Assembly: GCA_951406725.2 (NCBI GenBank)
Contig: OX597815.1
Location: 35,588,001-35,652,000, forward strand
From: Octopus vulgaris
Taxonomy: Eukaryota
Direction: 5' to 3'
Length of the DNA: 64,000 nucleotides
The notes under the pieces are model-generated. The model saw only the letters and a program-made list of their open reading frames with translations. It had not been told where the DNA came from and did not search any database. Shown piece after piece: positions 52,273 through 64,000 of this stretch. The number at the start of each line of letters is the position of its first letter. Within the stretch, counting starts at the first letter, position 1. The position numbers and the translations under genes are program-made.

Positions 52273-53778
52273 AGAGAAAAGAGTTACATGTGTTGTAATT
52301 GACATGTATCCGAGGATAGTGGAAATAATGGTTTCTAACATTGATACAAAATCTTATTTTTGAGGTGGTGGGAAGGAAACGTAGTTATTAAATTGATCCC
52401 AGTATTTGGTTCATACTAATTTTGTCTTTCCAGGAAGAATGCAATGCAAAGTTGATCAAAGCGAGGAAAAGACAAAGTATGGTTTTCCACAATAGACATC
52501 CGCCACACAGGTGGTGGCACACAAACCACCATACAATGACCCCCAAGAACTATGCCAATTGGGCGCAAACTCCTTGTAGAGCTTCCTATGCTGGATAGGT
52601 TAAAGGATGGGGGCCAAACTAATATTGGTTTCAAATTTTTAGTACAATGCCAGAAAGTTCGGGAGAAGGGTTAAGTCGATTACATCGATCTCAGTGCTCA
52701 ACTGGTGCTTATTTTATAGACCCCGAAAGTATTAGAGGCAAAGATGGCCTCAGCAAAACAAAGAAACCAGAACGTAAAGACGGATGAAATGCCGCTAAGC
52801 ATTTTGCCCGGCGTGCTAACGATTCTACCAGCTCACTGTCTTACGCCAAACTTATATTGACCACCAAATGGATTTGCTTAAGGCCAACAACACTAACTAG
52901 AAAAAAAAAAAGCAAAGTTACAGAAGTATCGATGTTAGCTCAAAACCAAACTACAGAAAAACCGTCGATGGCCTATGCTTCATAGGAAGCGAATGACTTA
53001 AGTTAAATATGTAACGATAAATATGAATACGATCACAAATTTTGGGGAAGCGAACGGTCGATTAAATCAACCTCAGTAACTGATACAAACTTAAGGCTGG
53101 CGGGATTTAAATTCAAAAAATGTAAAAGGACGTAGCTAAATACCGCCCGATATTCTATCCGATGCTCTAGTATAAAGAGATTTGAACGCATCAGTACAAA
53201 TTAAGAACATTTACGTTTATATCTGCACTTACTTGTTTAGTAACCTCGCCTCCCGTTCAGCTCTACTCATCACACCTAATAAACTGAAAAGCGTTTCAAG
53301 CGTGACTATCCCATCTTTCACTCAAACGTAGTGTATCTAGAATTACATTACGTAATGTGTTCTTCCTACTTAAAGACGGTGGTTGTATGATTAGACGGTA
53401 ATTGGACTGCCAGTGGAGCAGATACGTAAAGACTCCCGCGAGCATCATGTTTGCCAGAAAATTACTACGATAGAGGAAATCTGAACTGACATAAATCTTA
53501 AATAAACATACACTGTATAGAGGTGCCTGTGTGTACTGCGTGTTGAGGCATGTCCACGGTTCTTTATAACGAATATATATTATACTGTTCCCAATAAAGG
53601 TAGATATAAATATATATGTTCAATGGACAGCTAGGTCGGTAAATTAAGAATCATTTCAAACGGTTTATATGTATTAACACGTCATTCGGTTATTCGAGCT
53701 CTGTGAGTCAGTAATATTTTATCACCAACACACACGTACTTACACACGCGCACACGGAAGTATACGTTACAGTGGGTG

Positions 53779-53856
<78 letters not shown>

Positions 53857-54127
53857 GTGTGTGTGTGTGAAAACCTAATTAAAAATTATCTAATTAAAAC
53901 TTAAAACTTAGAGAACAAATTCACCTAAACCGGAAAGAAATATGTTAATTTAGGTTAGAAAACACTTTACGAAGATATATGAGTAAGTTTTAATTTTTAT
54001 AACACTGTGGCTGTATAGAACTTAATCAGAATTTCCGCTAGGTATGTTCTGTTAGTATTGACAAACCACTCATACAGGAAGCCGACTAGATAATGATAAT
54101 CTACGTCAATCTCTAACTGTACACACA

Positions 54128-54200
<73 letters not shown>

Positions 54201-54529
54201 CGCACGTGTGTGTAGGTAATTATTCAGTTTTATTTCAAGGTTTCTTGCCAATAAAGAGCCGCCCTCTAACCTAAATCCAAGGCTCTTTCGTTGGAATTTC
54301 AACAACAACGAGGTACTTTAGTGTCTGTATATGCAGTATTTTGAATCGTATGTATGTATATATGCATACATGCATACAAACACTCGCATACTAATACAGT
54401 GAACCCACGTTAAACCGTACTAATAGGGTGGATGATAATATTTTTTAGCTGATTCTCTGATTAAACCAAAACTATTGGGATAATAATTTAATTGGGTGTC
54501 TTTCAGTCAGGAAGAAAATTTAGTACCCA

Positions 54530-54928
54530 CTAGCAGTATCGCCCGGCGTTGCTCGGGTTTGTAAGAGAAATAACTATATAAGCATTTTTAGAGAGTTATA
54601 GCCAAAAAATAGCAAAAAAATGCATTAAAAATGGAAAAAAATTAAGGTAAATTTTTGTTATAAATCGTTGACACATCGTAGATATTTTTAGAGAGTTACT
54701 TCCCTTATATAATAGCGAAAAAAAATGCATTAAAATGGAAAAATATGATGGTAAATTTTTTTTAAATCGTAGACTCATCGTAGACGCGCGCTAATACCCA
54801 GAAGGGCTCGATATGACTCACGACTTTAAGATACCCGCTTTTGGTTAAACTGCACCGCAAAATGTGGGAGTAGTTACGAATCTAAATCGTAGGAGACAGA
54901 CACACAACTTCACTTTTATATATAAAGA
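54530..54928 (-). mobile_element. Non-autonomous Helitron
   Basis: 5' TCTTTATATATA; 3' hairpin cccgagcaacgccggg then CTAG; inserted between A and T. Confidence 0.87.
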
Positions 54929-55036
54929 TATAAGCCACGTAGTTATATACACATACTTTGTTATATACACATTCTTAAAAGAAAATGTTATTTTGAACAC
55001 AACATTTATAAAGAATAAAATATTTTTTGGTTTTTC

Positions 55037-55700
55037 TTAACCCTTTCGTTACTATATTTCTGACCAAAATACACCCCTTATGTGTTTCAATTAATTTCTA
55101 ACGTAATCATAAATTCAGTCTGGTTTCATTAAACATTTATAACTTTTTTATTTATCAATGTATTAACGTGAATTTTGGAAGATAATTTAATGAAATGTTC
55201 TCAACCAATTCTATACTATAATTTTTGTCACAAAGTGACTCTAATTGCAGGTAGATACAGGTAAATTCAACAAAATATAAAATTATTAAAATTTTGTTCA
55301 AACATCGCTATAGAAAATGGGTTATTAGCTAATATTCAATTGGGTATACAACAAAATTTTACGATAGAATTTGTTATTCTGGGTAACTTTCTGATACCCA
55401 TAATAATATTTATGGCAAAATAGGCCTTAATTTCATTTAATGTTGTGGGAAATAACAAACTATCCTTTCTTTCGCTTTGTTTACGTTTAGCGTAACGGTT
55501 CGTTTCCGCCATAATGATTTCAAATGGGCTCATTCGAAAAAGTAAAAAGAAATAGTCGAAGGCTTTACTCTTCTGGGAAAGTCTGTGGCTTGGTCCAGTT
55601 TCTTCAGAAAAATCACCGAAAGAAACAGTTTTTAAATTTTCACTCCATTCAGGTGCCAATTCATTTTCTTTATCGCTGTCGGAGCTCTCGGATTCACTGT
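55037..55700 (-). mobile_element. piggyBac-like transposon, deleted derivative
   Basis: TTAA+CCCT end at 55037. ORF 55336-55659 (FDYFFLLF..EIIMAETNRYA..TTLNEIKAYFAINIIMGIRKLP) resembles the piggyBac transposase N-terminal half. Other end not found. Confidence 0.8.
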
Positions 55701-56130
55701 TTTCACTTTAATCGTTGCACACTTGCAAAGAGACAGGAGGAGATATTAGGGTGATAGCATCAGTGAAGCAGATCGCTCCCTTTTTGTGTGTGTGTGTGTG
55801 CGTGTGCTATAGCCCACACTAAGAAAAGCACTTGACTAACACACCAGAATGTGAGTTTTCTCTAAATTTTGCTTAATTGGGGTTGAAATTTTAAAAACTG
55901 GACCTGGCACGACCCGATTTATTCTACTCTTAAAAATGCTAGGTAAATTGTAATTGAAGAAATCCTATATTGTAGATTTCTATAAGAGACAAAGGGAGGC
56001 AGATAAAATCTGCCTTTTATAATAACAGATGACTCTACATGGCCGGCGAGACCCCGACTTTCCGCCGCCGCCCAGCCCGCCCCAACCAGGCCTTTCGCGA
56101 TACCCTTAAAGTCGTGAACGTTCAGCACCT

Positions 56131-56209
<79 letters not shown>

Positions 56210-56595
56210 TGTGTGTATTCTTTTACTTTTATTTTTTTACTTGTTTCAGTCATTTGACTGCGGCCATGCTGTAGCACAACCAACTGGGCCTCTGCAACTA
56301 CTAATAGTAAGGAGGAGGCAGAGAGGCAGAGAGGAAAATATTCTCAAGCTGAGAAGGTGACCTGAATAATTGCAATCGTGGATTGTGTAAAGACATACAA
56401 GATTCCAGGAGTGGTTTTTAACTGGGAGACAAATTACGTATAACCACCCATGTGTCAATATCATCACCTGCAGGTTTTACAAGGTTCAGATGATTAGGAC
56501 GAAGTTGAAGAATGAATCGGACCTTTGCGATGTTTCTGCTCGTTGGTGCCAATCCTGGGTAATGTGGTACTTTTAAGGTTCTGAGATACTCTTTA

Positions 56596-56824
56596 CTCAT
56601 TTACTCTTTTACCTGTTTCAGTCATTTGACTGTGGCCATGCTGGAGCACCGCCTTTAGTCGAGCAAATCGACCCCAGGACTTATTCTTTGTAAACCTAGT
56701 ACTTATTCTATCGGTATCTTTTTGCCGAACCGCTAAGTTACAGGTACGTAAACACACCAGCGTCGGTTGTCAAGCGATGTTGGGGAGGGGGACAAACACA
56801 GACACACAAACATATACACACACA

Positions 56825-56866
<42 letters not shown>

Positions 56867-57025
56867 TACGAAGGGCTTCTTTCAGTTTCCATCTACCAAA
56901 TCCACTCACAAGGCTTTGGTCGGCCCGAGGCTATAGTAGAAGACACTTGCCCAAGGTGCCACGCAGTGGGACTGAACCCAGAACCATCTGGTTTGGTAAG
57001 CAAGCTACTTACCACACAGCCACTC
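56596..57025 (-). mobile_element. SINE family C, full length
   Basis: Homologous to 61707-62118. Confidence 0.9.
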
Positions 57026-57135
57026 TTGGAACATCTGAAGTTTCCACTAAGATATTGTTAACCAAGGGATTCTCGTTTGACAGAAAGGGTGGTGAGATTG
57101 ACGACATCGATATCCAGCGTGAATACTTATTGGTT

Positions 57136-57365
57136 AATACCTATTTCTTTATTACCCACAAGGGGCTAAACACAGAGGGGACAAACAAGGACAGACATAG
57201 GTATTGAGTCGATAAAATCGACCCCAGTGCGTAACTGGTACTTAATTTATTGAACCCGAAAGGATGAAAGGCAAAGTCGACCTCGGCAGAATTTGAACTC
57301 ACAACGTAACGACAGACGAAATACGGCTACGCTAAGCATTTCGCCCGACGTGCTAACGTTTCTCG
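57136..57365 (-). mobile_element. SINE family A
   Basis: Core and tail. Confidence 0.85.
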
Positions 57366-57651
57366 GCAAAAAATAAATACATGGTGAAGGATTCGTGGTC
57401 TTGTTCGAATACATGCCATAGAATGAACTCCATTGTATACATCTAAAAACCGATTAGCGGTGGTAAACCAGGTGGCATATTGGGATATTCATTGACATAA
57501 CACTGGGTTGCCTCTCGCACATACACTTCACCATCTGATGATAGATGTTTTATCATATATATATTTTGGGAACAATGGCATCATCGATTATATATTTTCT
57601 CTGGTTCACTTACATTTCGGAGAATAAGAGTGAGATGGGAATGTATGTTTC

Positions 57652-58297
57652 GACTCTAGGTCAACACAAATCGAGAAGACTCTATGGCAACACTAATCGA
57701 GAAGACTCTATGGCAATACTAATCGAGAAGACTCTAGGGCAACACTAATCGAGAAGACTCTATGGCAACACTAATCGAGAAGACTCTAGGGCAACACTAA
57801 TAGAGGACACTCTAGGGCAACACTAATCGAAAATACTCTAGGGCAACACTAATAGAGAAAACTCTTGGGCAACACTAATCGAGAAGACTCTAGGGCAACA
57901 CTAACAGAGAAGACTCGAGGGCAACACTAATCGAGAAGACTCTAGGCCAACACTAATCGAGAAGACTCCAGGGCAACACTAATCGAGAAGACTCTATGGC
58001 AACACTAATCGAGAAGACTCTAGGGCAACACTAATAGAGGAGACTCTAGGGCAACACTAATCGAAAAGACTCTAGGGCAACACTAATCGAAAATACTCTA
58101 GGGCAACACTAATAGAGAAGACTCTAGGGCAACACTAATCGAAAAGACTCTAGGGCAACACTAATCGAGAAGACTCTAGGGCCACACTAATCGAGAAGAC
58201 TCCAGGGCATCACTAATCGAGAAGACTCTAGGGCAACACTAATCGAAAAGACTCTTGGGCAACACTAATCGAGAAGACTCCAGGGTAACACTAATCA
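57652..58297. repeat. 26-bp minisatellite, about 25 copies
   Basis: Consensus gactctagggcaacactaatcgagaa; contiguous units without spacers. Confidence 0.95.
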
Positions 58298-58990
58298 AAG
58301 GTTTTCTAATCATGACTACTCCGGTTTTTAATTATTTATTTATTTATTTATTTATTGTTGTCTTTACAGTCGTATCTAAGACTACATGAATAATGTCCGA
58401 ATCTTATTTAAAGTTGGGATTTGAAGGAGATTTGGCTACTATTTCTAATAGATCGAACAACCACCTTAGAGGCTTCCTCGTTGGCTCTGGTGAATAATAC
58501 TTGCGTGGTGCTCTCCCAGCATGTGATAGGAAGGCTGGTATTGAGAGTAGGGTTAGCGGGGGCTGCGAGTGCATTGCTTGCACCTGGAGCATTGACGCGG
58601 AATTGGTAATGCAGATTGACTACTCAGAGCATCCTGATTAAGTTTAAAAATACACTCATACGGAGAAAAGATGACGAGGAGGAAGAAGCGAAAGAAGGGA
58701 ATAAGGAGGAGAACAACAAAGAGGAATAGGAGGGTAGTGCTGATATATTTCGCTCACCAATTTTGGTATACATTTCACCATCGAATAATGGATGTTTTAT
58801 CATATATATATTTTTGGAACTATGGCATCATTGATTAGATATTTCCTCTGGTTCACTGACATTTCGGAGAATAAGAGTGATATGGGAGTGTGTGTGGATT
58901 GACCCAACAATTTACTGAAATTTCAATGATGATGATAAAGATGATGAAGATAATAATGGTGACGGCGACGTCGCCGGCGACGATGACGAT

Positions 58991-59497
58991 TATAATGATG
59001 ATGATAGCGTGGAGGGCGGAGAGCTGGCAGAAACGTTAGCACGCCGGGCGAAATGCGTAGTCGTATTTCGTCTGTCGTTACGTTGTGAGTTCAAATTCCG
59101 CCGAGGTCGACTTTGCCTTTCATCCTTTCGGGGTCGATAAATTAAGTACCAGTTACGCACTGGGGTCGATGTAATTGACTTAATACCTATGTCTGTCTTT
59201 GTTTGTCCCCTCTATGTTTAGCCCCTTGTGGGTAATAAAGAAACATATAATGATGATGATAGCGTGGAGGGCGGCGAGCTGGCAGAAACATTAGCAGGCC
59301 AGGCGAAATGCGTAGCCGTATTTCGTCTGTCGTTACGTTGTGAGTTCAAATTCCGCCGAGGTCGACTTTGCCTTTCATTCTTTCGGCGTCGATAAATTAA
59401 GCACCAGTTACGCACTGGGGTCGATGTAATTGACTTAATACCTATGTCTGTCTTTGTTTGTCCCCTCTATGTTTAGCCCCTTGTGGGTAATAAGGAA
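58991..59497 (+). mobile_element. Two tandem SINE family A copies duplicated together with 5' flank
   Basis: Both are preceded by tataatgatgatgatagcgtggag. Confidence 0.88.
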
Positions 59498-60010
59498 AGA
59501 AAAAATGGTGGTGACAATGATGATTATCTTGACAACGACCGCAACTACGGCGACAACAACGACGTCACCAAAGACTGCGAGGACGACGATGATATATTTC
59601 TTGTACGTTTAACGATGGTAATAACCATGACCCGACGACGACGACGACGACGATGGTGAGGATTATTAGCGTTTAACATGACAGGAATAGTAGCAGTAGT
59701 TAGTTTCAGCAAGTGAAAAAGAAAACAAGTGTATGACCTACTCACAACATCCTAATACGTCACACATTAGTTAGTGTATGCGCGCGCTTGTATGTACGGG
59801 ATCTTTTACTCGTTTTAGTCAACGGACTAACGTCCATGCTGGGGCATTGCCATAAAGGATTTTAGTCGAAGAAATCGCCCCCAATTTTTTCTTTTGGAAG
59901 GGCGGGGTTGTCTTTTTAAAGTTTGCTATTATATATCGGCCTCTTTAGGCTAAGTTACAAGGACACCCGATGGCAAACCGTGGTGGATAACAAACACAAA
60001 GACACAGGCA

Positions 60011-60087
<77 letters not shown>

Positions 60088-60088
<1 letters not shown>

Positions 60089-60301
60089 AGAGGTGGGGGC
60101 GAAAAGTTCCTGGCTTTGGGTAAAAGAAAATGCAGGATAATCAGTTAATTATGATTTTATTCAACACGTTCCCCACTCAGATACACACACTTATTGCAGC
60201 GGTCCTTCTGATCCTTTTAAGCCCTGAAAAAGAACTCAGAAGGCTGGACCTCCAGCCAGGCCTTTCGCGACACCCTTAAAGTCGGGAACTTTTCAGCCCC
60301 T

Positions 60302-60307
<6 letters not shown>
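60088..60307. mobile_element. Mariner-type MITE
   Basis: Imperfect TIRs gaggtgggggcgaaaagttcctggcttt / aaagtcgggaacttttcagcccctcctcg; a related right end lies at 56085-56135. Confidence 0.65.
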
Positions 60308-60364
<57 letters not shown>

Positions 60365-60375
60365 CATGTGTGTGT

Positions 60376-60589
60376 ATTCTTTTACTTTTATTCTGTTACT
60401 TGTTTCAGTCATTTGACTGCGGCCATGCTGTAGCATCATCTTTAGTGGAACGAATCGACCCCAGGACTTATTCTTTGAAAGCCTAGTACTTATTCTATCG
60501 ATCTCTTTTGCCGAACCGTTAAGTTGCATGAACGTAAACACACCAATATCGGTTGTCAAGCGATGGTTGGGACAAACACAGACACACAA

Positions 60590-60590
<1 letters not shown>
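60376..60590 (-). mobile_element. SINE family C, 3' half
   Basis: Tail homology; another decayed piece at 59803-60010. Confidence 0.8.
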
Positions 60591-60679
<89 letters not shown>

Positions 60680-61007
60680 GTGGGGTCATAGGGTTGTGAG
60701 GGTTGTAATATAATATTTATGGCCATACCTAGTCATGAGCTGTCAACTCACTCTATTCTTTTATTTAAGATAGACACAGTCGTCTAGGCTCAGATTTATT
60801 AGCTGATAAAGAGATATATGAATTAGAAATGAATTACAACCCTTACAATCCAATGGCTCCACTATACTCCATGTGATTCCTATAAGTTGTAGTCTATTCC
60901 TAGCTACAACAACAACAACATGAATTTCCTCCATCTTTTTACTCTGTTAAATTATTTAAGAAAAATTATATTAATGTGTCCTACTTGATAAAATTCCACT
61001 TATTTGG

Positions 61008-61091
61008 GCAACTGAAGATAGCACTGCATTTAAACTGATGTAATGAATGCATTGTTCAATTAAATGGAGACGCTAGAAACGGTCGTACTGC
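61008..61091 (+). ncRNA. Type I hammerhead motif (same family as 42423)
   Basis: CUGAAGA 61012-61018; stem II uagc/gcua; GAAAC-GGUC-GUA; helix I gcaa/cugc (one mismatch); (TA)n at 61200. Confidence 0.65.
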
Positions 61092-61198
61092 ATTTGATAT
61101 TCTGTTGCTTATTTTGATTTTACTCACCTTACTTCGAGGTATGCGGATAATACCGGACTGACTTAGTGCTTTAACTTAAGTATCTAATTCAACTAAAT

Positions 61199-61263
<65 letters not shown>

Positions 61264-61706
61264 CAAAAGATGGGGTGTATTTCCACGCAGGAAAAAATAA
61301 AGGCAAATTTGTTGTTGAAAATGCACCTAAATTTGAAAAACTTGTAATTGCTTGAAATAAATTTATTTACATATATACCAAATAAGTTTCAACAATACGT
61401 TTTGTTTATCAATGGTAAAAGTTTTAAATTATGAATCAGAAAAACAGCATTAAAAGTTTCAATGTTGACAAATTAAAATGTTCGTAACAGACAAATTTAG
61501 AACATTGAATTAGGAAAACATGTTCAGAAATTTCGATGTCGACAAGTCTAAATGTTCATAACAGTCAATAATATTAGACCTGTGCATCAATTTATTTGAA
61601 TGTACAAAGCTCATTAGTGTTAGTAGTAATCGACAAGAAATGAATATCATAAAACTTTTAATCATACTGAGTTAAGAGGGAAAAAGACAAGGGAAAAAAT
61701 GGAGAT

Positions 61707-62118
61707 AGGCGCAGGAGTGGCTGTGTGGTAAGTAGCTTGCTAACCAACCACATGGTTCCGGGTTCAGTCCCACTGCGTGGCACCTTGGGCAAGTGTCTTC
61801 TGCTATAGCCCCGGGCCGACCAATGCCTTGTGAGTGGATTTGGTAGACGGAAACTGAAAGAAGCCTGTCGTATATATGTATATATATATATATGCATGTG
61901 TGTGTGTGTTTGTGTGTCTATGTTTGTCCCCCTAGCATTGCTTGACAGCCGATGCTGGTGTGTTTACGTCCCCGTCACTTAGCGGTTCGGCAAAAGAGAC
62001 CGATAGAATAAGTACTGGGCTTACAAAGAATAAGTCCCGGGGTCGATTTGCTCGTCTAAAGGCGGTGCTCCAGCATGGCCGCAGTCAAATGACTGAAACA
62101 AGTAAAAGAGTAAAAGAG
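61707..62118 (+). mobile_element. SINE family C, full length (tRNA-like head, CORE-like domain, internal microsatellite)
   Basis: aggcgcaggagtggctgtgtggtaag; ggttcagtccc B-box; caccttgggcaagtgtctt; tail (gtaaaaga)n. Confidence 0.9.
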
Positions 62119-62599
62119 ATAGTAAAAAAGGGGATTTGGTTTACTTTCTCTGATCCTCTTTTCGTCGTGCGTAGGAACTTTCGCTTGTAGCGATGTGCTT
62201 TGGAATCCGGTGTATTTATAATTTATTCCGCGAGCGGATCTGATTTTTTATTCATTAAAGTACAGGTGCGTCTTGTTTTTCTGGTTGTCAAGTTTGTCGT
62301 TCTGCCTGGTTGGCTTCCTTGTGGGGTACGGGCATCAGTCTTTCCGGTTGATTGATTCTCTTAAAGTGTCATTTTGTTGTATTTGCTGATGTTCGGTTTC
62401 GATTTGTCTAGAGTTAGGCGACGTCAGCAACTAGCGTTTGTAAAATTTCATTGGTCTAGACATAGGTGACGTCGGCAATTGGTGTTTGTATGGTGATTTG
62501 GAGTTGCAGTTTCGAAACCCGGGTGGAAGACTTTTACTAAAGTATTTAAAATTGTTTGTTGTTCCTAGTTATTATTTTTGTTTTTGTGGAGAAATTGAA

Positions 62600-64000
62600 C
62601 CTTTTTCCCTTTTTCTCTTTAGTGTTTTTTCTTCTTTCTAAAGCTGTGCTTTATATTTTTTAATGAACACACTTTCCTTATTTAAACGGAATTGGGTTGA
62701 TAGAGAGGGAAGATATGGTATTTCAGGTTTATATTTACAGGGCATTGGTCTAGATGTTTGCTTACGGGAATTAGTCTGTCCCTCAAGGTTAAACTAATTT
62801 GACCTATGTAGTCTCCACCACACTCTCCACATTTGGGAACATAGACTAAGTTCTTCAAAGCACAGGGGAAGTGATTTTTTAATGGTAAAACTTTGACCTG
62901 ACCTAAATTTGTATGTTGAGCCCTCTAAGAGGAAGATGCAAGTTCTGCAGTTAGGGCGGTTGCGTATTTGGCTAATGAGGTTGTATTTTTGGTGGGTAAT
63001 TTGGCGCTGGTGAATAACTTTTTTTAGGGATTGCGGTTGTCTTTTGCTTTTAATAATCCAGTATTTCCAGTGCCTTTTCTATTCGTGGGTCCTTCATATG
63101 GAGGGGTATATTTTGGTGGGTGATGTTTTATGCTTCCATGTTCCTCAGAGTGTGTGTTGATATGAAAGATAAAGTTTTCAGTGTGTCATGGTGCCTTCTT
63201 GTTTTCCGTAATTCTTGGTTGTCTATCATTTTTGCGCATTCTATTCCGTTTTTTATTAGATTGGCCGGGTATTTTCTATCTAGTAATGTGTTTTTAAGTT
63301 CTTGGAGTCGCTTTTCTCGGGTTTCAGGATATGATGCAATCGTGCAAATTCTTCCAGCTAAGTTAAACGATATATTTATTTTAGTATGTTTTGGGTGGCA
63401 GGAGGAGAATAGAAGATATTGTTTTGAGACCGATGGTTTGAAGAAGATGTCGGTTTCAATCTTAGTATCTCTCTTTATTATTAAGATGGCCGGGAAGGGT
63501 AGTTGTTGGTGGTTGTATTCCATAGTGAATTGGATACTGTGATCAATGCTGTTGATTAAGTTTTTAAATTCTGTGAGTTGTTCAATGTTATGCGGCCAAA
63601 GGATGAAACAGTCATCCAGATAGCGTTTCCAGTTGGTAAGTAGGTATTTTTGGAAATTTTCCCCAAATTTTAATCTTGCGTGTTCGTATATTTGGACTTC
63701 CAAGTATGCCATGACAAGGTTGGCAAAAGTAGGTGCTACTCTCGTTCCCATCACCGTGCCCGATTTTTGTCTATAAGGGTTTTCGTTGAAATTGAAGAAG
63801 TTGTTCTGTAGAATGAACCTTATTCCTTCAACGATGAATTCTTTTCCAATTTGGTCAGGAAAGTCATTTGAGAATTTTTCAAGTCAGTATTGCTTGGCTA
63901 TTATTCCGAATTCGTGAGGAATCGAGGTGTAGAGGTTTATTACATCGAATGAAACCAGAAGGGAGTCCTTGCTGGTTTTGCTCGGGAGATACTTTAAAAA
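62600..64000 (-). mobile_element. Penelope-like retroelement RT plus GIY-YIG, decayed, runs off the window
   Basis: LVSFDVINLYTSIPH, GTVMGTRVAPTFANL, WKRYLDDCF, YLLFSSCHP, NLVYVPKCGECGGDYIGQ; in-frame stop and frameshifts. Confidence 0.93.

Noticed and set aside
57652-58297. CRISPR-like array
   Set aside because: Units are contiguous with no unique spacers, there are no cas genes, and the context is eukaryotic.

Overview
AT-rich, microsatellite-dense eukaryotic DNA. The SINE repertoire resembles what I recall from Octopus genomes (inference, not checked). The only host gene I can support is the 3' end of PYROXD2 (last two coding exons, + strand, 1975-2095 and 2303-2376). The rest is mostly transposon-derived: tRNA-headed SINEs (often multimeric or modular), decayed LINEs (RTE, R4/Dong-like RLE, CR1-group, two ORF1-only Tx1/L1-like elements), Penelope-like remnants, a Merlin transposase relic, two non-autonomous Helitrons, piggyBac/mariner fragments, MITEs and a 26-bp minisatellite. 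Most long ORFs in the track are microsatellite read-throughs. Three things stand out. (1) About ten type-I hammerhead ribozyme motifs from several apparently unrelated families, most with self-complementary stem-III loops, next to (TA)n and often in inverted pairs. (2) A 1.1-kb near-perfect palindrome attached to the Merlin relic, with Merlin-TIR-like sequence at its centre. (3) A head-to-tail pair of ORF1-only retroelements bounded by TACGTA, whose 3' tail is shared with the most abundant SINE. Coordinates were read by eye; repeat boundaries are approximate.
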